Shown one piece after another: positions 23,001-36,042 of a DNA stretch of 64,000 nt. The stretch lies in the NCBI GenBank assembly GCA_965644295.1, contig CBFFRP010000110.1, forward strand, positions 62,001 to 126,000. The letters run 5' to 3'. Below the pieces are notes generated by a model, which saw only the letters and a list, made by a program, of their open reading frames with translations, made no database searches and was not told where the DNA came from. The position numbers were made by a program, and so were the translations under genes. Within the stretch, counting starts at the first letter, position 1; every line of letters begins with the position of its first letter. The stretch is from Paraphysomonas bandaiensis (lineage: Eukaryota > Protista > Chrysophyceae).

Positions 23001-26000
23001 CCAGTCTCGGGCTATATGATATTCCAGCTGCCTGTAATGGCAGCGACAATTGCCGACTGCTTAATCTCCGAGGCATCTTATTTTCAGAATCCTCTAACTT
23101 AGCCTCTTCAAGCATTAAACGGATTTTATCGTTTGCTTCCGCTTCCGCCTTTTTACGCATCTCACTAGCTTCTCGAATCAAAAGGTAGTTTTCTAATAAT
23201 ACGTTATTGCAAATAGTAACATATATGGCTTTCCTCCATAGCTTCCGAATATATTTTTTTCTTTCTCTACGAGATGATAGTTTATATCGCTTCCATGCAT
23301 ATTGCAACTTTCGTGATGCACTTTGCTTAATGCGGCATTGGTTCAATATACGCACAAAGCGTATTCGAGCACGAATATAAGTCAATGCAAGTTTCCAATA
23401 CCTACGCATCAGATACTTCACAACGCTCCCTATCAGTCCCTGGCCTCGTGACGATTCGACATCGATGCTAAGCAATTTTTCCATATGCGATATATTCGTA
23501 GTCGTAAAAAATACTCGAGTTCTTCCCATATGATAGCAGGATGATGGAATGCAGAGGTATCTAATAACTGCATAAGTAAATTCTTTTGCGTCTAGGCGAC
23601 TAATAAGTCGCTCATTTTTCTCTCGAAAATGAGGTCGATACAAAGCTTCGATTTCATAATAATGTAGGCGTGATGGAAGGCCCCTTTTGAGAACTTCGCA
23701 CGTCTGTATTATCCCCAAAACGCGCACTTGCTCTATCACAAATTTATGATCAAAAAGTCCAGGTGTCATTGTACTGTTAGGTTTAATGCACCTCACGAAG
23801 GTACATGATGTTGCCTCTAAATGATCACAAAGCAACTGCATTTGTCTTGCAAAAGTGTAACCGACAGTACTGTTGCGAACACGACGATTCTGGGGTCGCC
23901 CAATCGGGGCACTGCTCCTTGGAGAAGTATTTTGCATCTTTCCTAATCCAGAAATTTCTCTGCTTTCACCTGTGCTTCTCTCCAATAATGGGTTCCCCAT
24001 TGATCGAAATGATGGGGAAGTACGAGACATGTGTTGACCGAGAGTGTTAGAGTCATCATCAGCAGCCATAAATTCAAACAAAGTACACCTCTGACAGTGA
24101 GTACTGGATGATAAGATTATCTCCAATTCTGACGGCTCAGTATCCATATTCTTTGGAATAAATGACCCCACAGTGTATTCTACAGTTTGCGAGTAATGCT
24201 TGATCAGAAATTTACTGCGCCTATGACGCATATGAATTTTCGGAAAACTTGGCTTGTCACCATGAATCTGATTTAAATTCAAAATCAAAACGATGATCAG
24301 AGAATCAGAATAACCTACCTGATGCAGCAATGAATTAAAATTTTCTTCAGAAGGCTGTGGTGCTTTGCACACAGAATCTAATGTAGCCAATATAGAGTCC
24401 TTAGAGCGTGCGATTAAATCAACACATGCTGCATTGTCCATGAATTCAATGTTATCAAGCTGCATGCCTTCCTCGATATACATTTGCTGTTCCGCTTCTA
24501 GCACAGAGCGATTGAACGTCAGTTGAAGATGCTCATTCGCGTAATTTATCAGCAGCTGTTCGAGCCCATTATCTTGAAACGACTCAAAGCCAAAAATGTC
24601 CAAAACACCAATGTAAAATGATTCATTGATTCTTTGATCATTTGGTGCAAGAGATTGCTCTATTCGGCGAACAATCCAATCAAACACTATCTGCAGAAGA
24701 ACAATTGAGAATTCTACTGACAGTCGGCTCAGTGACTACCTTATATATAGCCTTCGCAATAGCATCCCTTGAATAAGTAGCCTGCATTAAATCCAACGGA
24801 ATTCTATACGACGACTCTCTCCGTGATGACCCGGACATTTCCAGTATACGAGTAGTTATTATAAATTCAAGTCGAGTTTTGTCAACGCCGAGCATGTCAG
24901 CTGCATTGTTAACTAGGTATGGCTCACAAATCTCAACTGCCACACCAGAAGGAACCTGAAACTAATGAGCCGAGATATACGCAATTTTCTTAATTTACCT
25001 CCACTTCATCAAACGTAATATTCCCTAGAGCTAATATCGCACTGAGAGTACGATAGAGAACATCTTGGTCGATAGTGTTCAATCCCACTGATGACATACT
25101 AGAGTTTAATAAAGCGTATTCCTTTTTATCATCAACTTCCGCTATTTTGTAGTGCGAGCTCTGGTTGAGGTAGTGATACTGCTGTACCTCCTTCAGGTGC
25201 CACTTCTTTCGCTCTGATGCCGTTGCACCAGCAAGCATCTAGGTGAAAATAATATACATCAACACCAAGTCTCAAGCTCATGGCCCACTTACTTGGTAGA
25301 ATACATGATAGTTTCGTTCGCCCTCTGAGAAGGATACCACTCGACTCTTCTCCAGAAGATATGTATCGATACCGGCAGAATCCTGAGTACAAATGTCAAC
25401 GGGGTTTAACGCTATTGTGAGGACATACAAGCTGGTAGTCCAAAGCAGGATTGAAATTCAATTTCATTAGCTTTCCAAATCTGCTGCTATTTGAATTTCG
25501 AAGAGTTTTGGCATTGCCTGTGTTCAATGTTATAGTGAATACACTATCACTGATACAATATACCGAACGACTCTAAAATTGGATTCGTATCTAATAAACG
25601 CCGATCCAGGGATACAGAAAAATCTTTATTCTTTTTGGTCTGGAAACAGCGTCAATTAGTAGTTAGGGTACAGTGTCAACTCCAACCTCAATCGTTGCAT
25701 TTCCACTCGATCCGCTGGCCCTCCAACACAAATAACGGAGAACTATTTTTGCAGTCTCGGTTTTTCCTGGCATATATCATGGAAGTTATTGATCTACATA
25801 TGAGACACACCTGCTCCAGATTCCCCAGACACTACAATTGACTGATTTCTGCGAAGTACCAACAAATACAATTAGATGTGTACCCAATAGAGAGTACGTG
25901 TCGTACATACCTGTGTTTCGAATGGCGAAGTGTCATTTGCTTGTATGCTAACTCTGCGATTCCGAAAGGATGAGGATCCACACTGCACATCGGCTTGTCG

Positions 26001-26474
26001 CTATAAACCTACAGCAAATAGAATTAGTAGAAATTGCTAGCATGCCATAGTTTAAAATACGCACGCACCTCCATGGATGGAGGGGGGATTTGGCGAAGTG
26101 GGTTGATCGCAATCAATACGTTTGATACATACGTGTAAGGTCTTCGATTTTGAGGTTTTGATCGCTCATAAAGATTTTCTAATATACCAGCCTCATGGAG
26201 GTATATTAGTGAGGTCATATCATCAACAGTTCGTGGGTTCAGTGGGAGAAAAGCACATTCATTAACACTAAGCTCGAAACTATTTCCACCATCTTCCGTC
26301 GTAACACGACATCTATCCCCCTCAATGCTCTGCACCATAACAGTAATCCATACCCTATTAACGCAATCGTACAGTTAATGAATTTAATACACAATCGTAA
26401 ATATTCGACCTAGTAGGGTGAGGAACCCAGTACCACTCATGTAGAACAATAGATTCGCGCGTAACAGCACTCAT
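20036..26474 (-). CDS. Unconventional myosin heavy chain with zinc-finger-containing tail (multi-exon)
   Basis: Motor motifs DDMTSL..LHE, PYTY...LIAINP, P-loop GESGA|[35 protein letters not shown]-like neck. Short introns link the tail exons in frame to the stop at 20036. Confidence 0.9.
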
Positions 26475-26971
26475 TTCTAGAGATATCTAATACTTTAATT
26501 CTATGCAACTGTATTGCTACACAGGCACAAAAAGCTTTGCAGTTTTAAGTTACAGTTCCGTGAGCCCGCACATCATAGATAAGATATAGAAGCTATCTGT
26601 GTCTATTAGGATCATGGCAATGTGATATGCTCTTAGCATATATGAGAAACCAAGAGAAACACAACACTCACTATGATTAAATATTGGCTCATGCTGTGTA
26701 TTCTTCTGTATTCCATGCACTGCAGTGTATACTCGATATGTCCACGTTAGTTTGTATAGGTGTGCTGTACCTTGTAGGTTGCAGTGTGTTGTAGGTAGTA
26801 GGAGTTGTTTCCCTACGAGTAGTGTGGTATGCCGTATAATCATATCCCGCCGTTGAAAAATAGTTCCAATTTGAAAGCCCACAACTACTTCTGATATATA
26901 GACGGTCCCTGCTAAGCGGGACGGGTATGCCAGAAATCTTCATTAGCTGTACGACTTCTTAAACTCGATCT

Positions 26972-27631
26972 ATGGCACTCAATTCTGTCGAAGACCAGTC
27001 TGTTGCTGCGCTCGATTCCAGTAACTGTGACGCCGACTTCGATTTCGATTGTCTCAACACGACCTGCATAGAGGAGGAAGGGGAGCATGTTGAAACTAAA
27101 GAGTACTATTCTTGGTTCTTGAAGACTCATGAGGGACATGAATTTGAAGTACTTAACACGGCCAATGCCGACGGTGTCTATGACGATGACGCCATACCCC
27201 AAAGAAAAACAGTTGTTCCCATTGTAATGTTTGCTAGAAATAGCAAGCATGCTCACACTTCGACAGGATGTTTCTCCAGCGAGATAAACTATTCGCATGG
27301 AGGGAAGCGAAAGCACAGAGATGGAAGTTCAGCCAAATGGAGCCGGGCTGATACTGAAAAGAATCAGAGTAGTGGGAAATTACGTACTAATGGTGTCATG
27401 ATTAAGCGAAGTAAAACATCCAGAAAAACAATTGATGAGGCCGATAGTGACAAAATGCTTGATATTCTTAGAAAACACAATCAGAAATTTATTCCATCAA
27501 GCTTGTATGAGCCGCGAAGACATTCTGTGAGAGACATTCGTAAATGGGAGCACCAAAATGGTCGTACGTGGTCATCCTTGACGCCGGAGGAACGGCGAAG
27601 TGTTAACCACGAAATTACGAAATCAAGATAA
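26972..27631 (+). CDS. Hypothetical protein, 219 aa, intronless
   Basis: Clean ATG-to-stop ORF head-to-head with the myosin; globular-looking C-terminus LYEPRRHSVRDIRKWE...WSSLTPEERRSVN. Confidence 0.7.
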   Translation: MALNSVEDQSVAALDSSNCDADFDFDCLNTTCIEEEGEHVETKEYYSWFLKTHEGHEFEVLNTANADGVYDDDAIPQRKTVVPIVMFARNSKHAHTSTGCFSSEINYSHGGKRKHRDGSSAKWSRADTEKNQSSGKLRTNGVMIKRSKTSRKTIDEADSDKMLDILRKHNQKFIPSSLYEPRRHSVRDIRKWEHQNGRTWSSLTPEERRSVNHEITKSR

Positions 27632-28159
27632 AGAAGTGAATGTTGAAATGTACCTCACATATCCTATTACTAATGTATAGTATCTATTTTCAAAGATGTA
27701 AGATATACGTTGTTACCATGCTGCTACCGTCATATCGTTGACTCTACTTGAGTCGCAAATAAGGTGTGCAATGAAAATAAAATGAATAATAGAATTGATC
27801 ACACAACATATATAAGTACTTTGTAGCTCTTATGCGTAATATGAGCCAACATACAGCACGTACTTCAATTTCGTTGTAATATTGTGTGCAATATCCTTCA
27901 TTGTCATTTTGTAACTAGTAGAAAAATGTGTGCGGAGAATTAGTTAGAACAACAAGAGTACGCATTGATTGTAGCAAAAGTTCATGGGCGAATTGGTTGG
28001 ACACATGGAATGTTGTTGGGTGACCAATTGAGAGGAATGAAAATATCTCCGTGCCTAGTGCCTAGGCGTTCATTTGCCATTACGAAAACACTATGACCTA
28101 AATGTTGTAGAAAACTTGAGCCCTCTCGAGGAGGGTGTTTGTGAGCAGTGAATGCCATA

Positions 28160-28838
28160 AAATTAGCAATAGGTGTTCAAGAGTCAGAACTAATCTAACT
28201 AACTAGTGCTTAACTCCTATATCCTACTCTTTAAGTTAATGCTACAGAATCTGCTTGTGCGTTACCGCAAGCATCAGGTGCAATAAACCCTCAACAAAGT
28301 CGGACTCACAATTTTTCGTGGTGTTATGGGGGATAAGAACGGGAAACTATCATGAGCCGCATATATATACAGTCAGCCGATATTGTTCTGCAAACGCATT
28401 ACCCAGTGCTTGTGTGGTACAAGGGACACCAATAAGAGGTGTCACTTGTGTAGACGTCTTTGGGCCCTCACGAATAAACAGGCATCAGAAATCGGGCCCA
28501 CCTCAAGGGTATCAGGGGTATTGGGCTGCCTGCTGAAGTCAAGCATATTGAAAGTCTTATTATTATCAATACGCGTTAAGAATCAGCACCAGTTTAGTAG
28601 CTAGAAGAAAACTAGTCAAGCTCAATAGATGTCTACCTGTAACTAACTAGAGCAAATTCTATTATCCTACTACTATTTAACACTACGGAGGCTGCTTGTG
28701 CGTCGCCGCAAGCACCAAGGTGCAACCACTTCCGCTCTATCGCTCAAGCAAACGCCGTGAGCAAGAAGAATGTTGATATACCTGGCATCTGCTGACTTCA
28801 GGTTTTTTGAGCCCTTAAGGTGAACATCCCGGATGCTG
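28160..28838. mobile_element. Cluster of SINE-like/LINE-tail pieces with an inverted 5' half
   Basis: Tail at 28160-28283, oppositely oriented 5' body at 28288-28546, tail + 3' body at 28546-28838; all homologous to 31967-32453. Confidence 0.75.
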
Positions 28839-29429
28839 GGATGTATATATGCAGCTATTACGTTGCAAGGATAAGGATGAGATATGAGATAGTAGTCACT
28901 AGTCATGATATCTTTAAACAAGTGGAGAATTAATGTATTAAGTTCAAATATAGAATATAGGGTTGTAATGTAGATACGGAGGTATTATGGTAGTAGAAGT
29001 AGGTATTCTGTAGTAGTATCAACGTTAGACGTTTTCGATGGTGTTAACTTAATAAATTGAACGTTGTATTCATTCTATAATCAATTGCACGACAGCTGGT
29101 ATTTTAGCCTCGCCATTGTTGGTCTTATCTCTTATCATCCCTGTCCATGTGCACAGGTTACTGTGGATGGGAAATAGCACTAAAGCCTTCTTATAACACT
29201 CCCTACTTAACTGCAACTTACTACTCTCAAAATCCATACTCTTGTCCCTACTTTCCCATAGCTAATTCTAGAAGCGGTTTCCCAACCACAAATAGCTACC
29301 TTGTCCGTGAAATATACAAAGTTCGAGGCTTAATACCTCTACGAGTATTCATCACTGATCAAGTCATTTTATTCCATATTTATCGTGTTATGAGCTAATA
29401 AGATTAATTCTACTACTCTACAAGATTCT

Positions 29430-29984
29430 TCAGGCAGTGCTTTCAGTGGTGGCAGCTGCGACATGACTAGTCTTGCTTTCAAAATACGCGTCCATATCTT
29501 TGTCCAGTGCAGCAACAACGGGGTTAGGGCCCTTTCCTCCCGCGAACCAGTCTGATAAAAAGTTACACATGAAGAGTTATGAAAATAACATACATGAATC
29601 CATTTCCATATCCAGGTCGTCTGTAGATGTCGGGGCTCCAGTGCCATTCTTATTATTCTTTCCTCTCGCACCCCCTGAAATGAGAAATAAGAGTCACATA
29701 TATATGATACGTACCATCAAACCTTTTTTGCCGCCCGGCTTTGTGCGATTAGACTGGGCTTTCTTAATTGGTCTGCTCTCGCCGGCTACAATTCCCCGCT
29801 TTTGCATTGCTTGTCTTTGTCGATTAGTATTCTGTCTTTGGGCTGCTGCCGTTCTTCTAATAACCCTTTGAGTCGCCACTTTCTTGGAAGCTTGAATCTT
29901 AGCAAATCTATCACTAAGTTTCCTTGAACATTTTTACTATCGTTGTCACTACACTCTGTCTAATACTTACCCGCTTGTGGTCAT
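29430..29984 (-). CDS. CHTOP/Friend-of-PRMT1-like small RNA-binding protein (4 exons)
   Basis: N-terminal KLSDRF, basic R/G-rich middle, and duplicated C-terminal motif DDLDMEMDSYW...ALDKDMDAYF (FoP duplication / UAP56-binding type). Confidence 0.75.
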
Positions 29985-30440
29985 ATTTCCTTTCTTTTGC
30001 TTCACTCCAGAGCGATTCAAAGACATCAAATACGGACTGCAATTTAAATTTATATCTCACAAGGCTGAAACGAATTGTCTTCTGCAGATATCAATCTTGT
30101 GTTGCTGTGAGCATATGTATGTATGTGCATTCGTGCACTGTTGTGTGCAGTAGTCCCAACTGCTGATTGTTCCAGATGGTGCGGAAGCCATTGTCACCTA
30201 GCAGCAGCACAGGTACCATATACCGGTATACCGGTATACTGCTGTGTAGTTATGGCTTTCTTTTTAGTGTATCGTAGTTTTTGAACCAGGAACATCGCTA
30301 TACGGTATACGGTTGTATACGTGGTATTTCCTGCTCTATCTACTGAGAACACTGCCGTAGTTCGTGGGAGCTCTGAACGAGTGAGTGGCAACATCTCCGC
30401 GATAGTCTAAACTGTAATAGCTAATAGATCAACGCGAACA

Positions 30441-31355
30441 ATGTACAATGGCATCGGACTAACTACTGCACGCGGTTCTGCGACCAGCGGTTATGTGCAG
30501 AAAAATTTGAGTCACATCAAACCAGGCAACCAGCTCATATTATTAATTACTATTCGATCTTACTATTGAACAGAATTCTTTAGAAATAAACTTGATGCGA
30601 ATACTGGGCGGCACTCTACACAGGATCGTTCTGATGCACAATCCACTGGAAGCTTAGGACGAAAAGCCAACCCAGATATTCTTGAGCATAACCGAAAGAG
30701 GGCTATCGAAGTACAAGTATATGAGCTGGAGGAAAAGCTCCGAGACCACGGATATAGCGAACAAGAAGTTGCTGAACGAGTAAAAGCTCAAAGGGAAAAA
30801 CTTGAAAACGCAGGAGACGGTTCCAGTCGCTTTTCATCCACGGACTCTCATGCCACTTACAAGCGGAAAGAAGAAGAAAACAAGAAAGTTCAAGCCGCGT
30901 TTGGCATAAGTAATGACTTTGTCGAAGGTCAATCTTTCGATCGTGAGGCTCAGGCAGCCTTGAAAGCACGGAAGCAGCAAGACAGAGAGTTATCAGCGAA
31001 ACGTCAAAAGCCAGCTCCATCTCGAAAGGGTGAGGATGAACCTCGTCGACGTGGGGGGCGCTGTAGTCAGCGTAGTCAGGACTCACCTGACTACTCGTAC
31101 AGGTCGAAACCACAGGTCGGCGATTCCCGTCAGCAGAGAGATGTGGAGAATAATAAGAGAGATGGACCGAATGACAGGTGGGAGATGGCCAAAAATGAAT
31201 CCACTTCTGTCTCTCCTCAAAAAGAAGGTGGCCGACGGCTGAATTCTATATGCGGTAGTGTTATGGACAGTCGACAGACTGTATGTCGCAAACGTGACAG
31301 ATCATCGAGCTCAAGTGGATATGAATCCGCCAGTGGTGATAGTCGGCGTTCGTAG
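30441..31355 (+). CDS. CWC21: Pre-mRNA splicing factor Cwc21/SRRM2-like
   Basis: [25 protein letters not shown]-terminus, cwf21 domain [12 protein letters not shown]...[13 protein letters not shown]-rich tail; one GC-AG intron at 30526-30573. Confidence 0.92.
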
Positions 31356-31558
31356 TCAGAAGAAAAAGGCTGATTTTCCCGTGACTCAGCGTCTATTATT
31401 ATTTATGACTCTCTGTGTGAATCTGTTCGCATAATAAAAGTTTTTCTATCTTTATGGGTGTTGTATGCCAGCAATACTCCCCACCGTCATGCATGGGTAT
31501 CACTACTGCCCAAGGGGACTGCCATGTCGTTTGGTGGAGCATTACATATGTTCTTAGA

Positions 31559-31930
31559 CAGGGCTGCGTAACAATTATTTGAATTGCAATTAATCTGCAA
31601 GGAATATACGTGATAATTGCAATTGTAATTGCTCGCTTGAAGGTTGCAATTAATTGGCTATTATTTATTTTATAGTATAAGGCAGGGCTAGGAATAAATA
31701 TATTGTATTGCAATACATTGTACATATGATTAATTGGTGGACCGGCCAAAATTTTCATCAATATTGTTTCTGTTAAAGTAGCTCACAATATATTGTAATC
31801 AAACTTCTGAACTGTAGGGTACAAAAGTACAAAACGTATATAAATAACCGGAAAATAAGAAAAAATACTATTTTTTATGTATCGCCACCTCAAACAGTAC
31901 TCTACATCTCTACACATGTATGTACAATGT
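31559..31930 (+). mobile_element. Composite hAT-like MITE ends (CAGGGCTGCGTA end plus nested CAGGG(C/A)TAGG end)
   Basis: Reverse-complement homologue of 41505-41942. The same CAGGGCT terminus occurs at 48278 and ~59206. Confidence 0.6.
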
Positions 31931-31966
31931 ACAGTACATCTCTTAATATATCATATACATATAATA

Positions 31967-32453
31967 TATTGAAAGTCTTATTATTAGCAATAGGCGTTAA
32001 AAACCTGCACCAACTTAGTAGCTAGATGAATGCTAGACAAACTAGTTAGACCTCTACCTGTAACTAATCAGTACACACTTTTTTATCCTACTATTTAACG
32101 CTACGGAAGCTGCTTGTGCGTCGCCGCAAGCACCAAGGTGCGACCACTTCCGCTCTGAGTTCTTAAGGTGAACATAACTTCAGCAGGCAGCCCAATACCC
32201 CGGTTACCCTTCAGGTGGGCCCTGTCCCGGATGCCCTTGTGGTTGACCCATTCCCGGATGCCTGTTTATTCGTCACCAAAGACGTCTACACAAGTGACAC
32301 TTATTGGTGTCCCTTGTACCACACAAGCATTCGGCTATGAGTGGGCAGAACAATATCTGCTGACTATGTTTGCGGCTCACGTTAGTTTCCCAGAGAAATA
32401 ACTCCGGTACTTATCCCCCAGAACACCACGAAAAGGTGCGAGTCCGAAAAGGG
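31967..32453 (-). mobile_element. Near-complete SINE-like retroposon sharing the LINE 3' tail
   Basis: 15-bp direct repeat atacatataatatat at 31955-31969 and 32454-32468. Non-coding hairpin-rich body, with a 3' ~190 nt matching the LINE tail at 59351-59540. Confidence 0.8.
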
Positions 32454-35269
32454 ATACATATAATATATCACACTGAAAATAGGATGAATGCATACAAGAG
32501 ATACTTACCGCTGTTTTGGCAGTCCGGTTGAAGGTAAAAGAAAACAGACCTGAGAAACTTTGAAAGACTTTTCAAGCTACTCTTCAAACAGGAGGATCAA
32601 GTCAAGTAAATCTTTATAAATGCCAGAACATTTTTGATGCCTTATTGAGTGACTTCGGGGCAAGGTATCCCCTATCTGCTTCAAGAAAAAACAGCTCCAT
32701 TATTGCTAATGTCCGAATTTTGAGAATATGGAATTGCAACAATACAGAGTATAATAATGAAGCCTGATGTTGGCTATGCGGAAAATTTTTTCAGTCAGCT
32801 CAAAAAAGAAACGAAAAGTTGAAATATCTATGTACAGGTCCACGAGTCATGTGTAATATGTACTTCCTATGCATCTGAACACCTGCTCAGCGCAGCAAAA
32901 CTTATTATACCAGTGTTGCGCAAAAGTATGCATCCTACTTTTATTATATGCACACACAAGAAGGGAAGCCGAAATGTGTCGCTTGCCGCTTAGGCCAGAA
33001 GGCCATATTTCATCTCGTAATATTTCCATTATAGTTCTGTGGATGGTGATGAGTACAGGATGGGTTTTTATTAGCTACATTATTAAGCAGTAGTTGTTCG
33101 GTTGTCGTGTGACATAATGACTAATACTAAAAAAGGAATCTACCACTAGTGAAATAGAGGTAGTTCAAAAGGTAGTTCAAAACAAGTTCAAAAGGGCGTT
33201 CAAACGGTAGTTCATCAGCAAGCCATATGAATGAAGTACACACAGGAGTTCATTCTAGTATTTTTATAAATTAAGCACTTATTATTACGATAATTTTCAC
33301 ACATTATACACACGATTAAATAACAAATACCGAACGTTGGCTTAAATCGTAGTAAGTAAAAATTGAAATCGTAGAAAGAAATGCCCCATCACGCAACTAA
33401 ATATCAATTCTTCTTGATGACACTCCGTTTCTTGTATATATATATATCAGGTCATCAAAAGAAGAAATTTTATAAATAAAATTTGTGGCTGGCATATTGT
33501 ATTTTGTCCACTAGATGTTTTATTCTGGAAGGCGGAGTCAAAATCCGAGTAGTTGGAGCACTCGTCATCATAATGGTACATTTCACATATAGGTCCGCCT
33601 ATATATACAAAAGTTTATATGATAGATACACATGTATATATTATTATATATATAGTTACATATATATACCCTCGAGATGCACACATGACACACAACGACT
33701 GCTTCTTGCCGGTGTCTTTGGAATCGAACGTTTGCACAGCTATGTGTTACATTCTGGAGTATCATCGTCTAAGACTATAATAGGTAACCCACATCAAGAA
33801 AGGTCGACCTGCTTAAAATATATGTTATAAATGTTGTGTATTTAAGTATACATACATACAGTACGTTATTAAGTTGTTATTATTTATATTTTACTCTACG
33901 ACTACAACATACTTGTTATAACTTACTTATAATATAGGTATATAACTAACTTACTTACCATGCCTGTTTCCACTCATTAGGCTCCTTTGATAAAATCATA
34001 GGGAGCTATCCATCATATTGTAATTCCATTTACATCATATTGTAATTCCTGTTTGAGTGATCTTCGTATTATTTACATATTAGTAAAATCAACTGCTAAA
34101 TGTACAGCTAAAAGTCGATAATTCCAAGAAGTATGTTTTCCGTGGAGTTTTCCAACATTCGGAATACGATGACTTTTGTTTTGCATACGAGAAATACTCT
34201 GATCATTTGGGAAATGCACCTAGTCGAATTGAGTTCTTTCAATGCAAGGAACTCATGACCTCCAGGCGAAAATATACAGTTTAATGTTTACTATGAACGA
34301 GCTTAATCTTAATAATTAACAAAATCTGACATTGTAAAATATTGTAACTTTTTGCAGGACGTTCACTAGTGCTTTATAGCGTAATACCCACATAGTCTGA
34401 AGATTCCTATAGTGCCTTTTACAGGGCTTTCTACTGTTGTAGGACTATCCACTTATATATGTGTATGGTCCTATATTATATCGTCTCTGTAGTACAGTCT
34501 ATATCTATACCAGGTAGTAAGAAAAACAATTTAGGGGAATGTGATCGTTATATTTAGGTTAAGCCGGTGAGATTGTGGAGATGTAGAATTATATATATAA
34601 TATATAAGCCACGCACACTGTTGCTATTTTGGTCAGAATTCCTTCGATAAGCCTAAAACCTACTTATCCTAGAACTATGTTTGATAACCAAAAAAAAACA
34701 CCGTAGAGTTTGCAAGTGCAACTTCGGTAACGAGATCAACGAATAAGTCTTTACCGCAGTAACACATGCAACTACCTACCATGTACCGCTACTTGAAGCA
34801 TATTTACTCCGGAGTTCCAGCTTTACAATAGTGGGCTTTGTATGCTCAAGGACAGATAGATGACGGCGGCATATCGAAGACCCTGCTCCAGCACACAAAC
34901 GACAATGCACAAACAGAGCTAATACTTACCCTCCTCCAGGTATCTTAGAAGTCGTCAATTCATCTTTACCTTTACTACACCCCCACTCCGCCGCACAACA
35001 GTATTACACTCTCACCTAGACCTATCCCCCTCCCTTCCTCAACTAATCTCTAATCTCTATTACGGGTCCACCAGGTCGCAAACCACACATGATCAATCAC
35101 AAGTTTAATACAACATCTATACCTAGCTCATGTAATACTCTTATACTGGTAAACTTATGCCGAATTGACTGGTGATGTTGTATTACGTGCTTATCATTAA
35201 TATATTTATACATCTATTCAAAAGACAATGAAAGACATTTTATTAAAGATCTGATTATTACATGAGAGA

Positions 35270-35750
35270 ACTTATGGCACCTTGGTGCAACCATCCCTTG
35301 TAGTGTATTTAGACTGGTGATCTTCCTTTGGGTAGTGTGTCCAGCAATCCAGAGCCGCGTATGAACCGGGATGTGGGGGATGACGTGTTGATCTGTGAGT
35401 ATGGGTCGGTGGCAGAGGGTCTGAGATTACCAGTTGTGTCTGGGATTCTTTCTGTGGTGAGGATTGTTTGCTTCCTGTGATCGGGTTGGCAGGCCTGCGT
35501 GAGAGCGAGGTCTCGTGGAGGGCGCGGCTCGGGGAGTGGATGTTACTCTAAGTAGCTGGAGGATTGTTGGATTGGTGGTAGAGTGTATGCGGTGAGGTTG
35601 TGAGCTGGCAGGGGTCGAGGGTGGGGTCTTTGTTATTGCGTCGATGTTGTGATAACTGCGGCCTCTGTTTTTGAGCATGTTTATCTTATCCCTCCATTGT
35701 AGAGAGGGAGCAGAATCTTGGTGACGGATTTTTCGTTTCCTCAATAAGAA
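35270..35750 (-). mobile_element. More divergent LINE-like 3' remnant
   Basis: gcaccttggtgcaacca resembles the tail hairpin. The adjacent sequence weakly resembles 18570-18610 and there is a P/T/H-rich minus-strand ORF. Confidence 0.35.
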
Positions 35751-36042
35751 AGCGTAATGATGAAGATATTGATTGATGATATATATATATGTTGTTATTG
35801 TATAGTATATATATTCATGCTTAAGGGTGGAGAATTTTTCTGGAGAATATCGGGTTTGATATCCACACTGATAGATGTGTACTGCCAGTGATCACAATAA
35901 CTCATCATCAATGTATATGGGAAGATACATTCAGTATTCTCATTGTAGTTGAAGCCTTGTACACATACTTCCAAGCACTGTCAATACTACATACTACATG
36001 ACTCGTGTACCTGTACTTAGATATTTCAACTTTCCGTTTCTT

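Noticed and set aside
31967-32453. Hammerhead or pistol ribozyme, or Pol III A/B boxes, in the SINE-like element
   Set aside because: GAAAC and GTTAAATAG words occur, but I found no CUGANGA core, required pseudoknot or correctly oriented B box by eye; this needs a covariance-model search.
33144-34371. CACTA element (CACTAGTGAA inverted ends, 11-12-bp ggtagttcaaaa subrepeats)
   Set aside because: Only a 10-bp, largely palindromic match, and no matching TSD (tac vs ctt).
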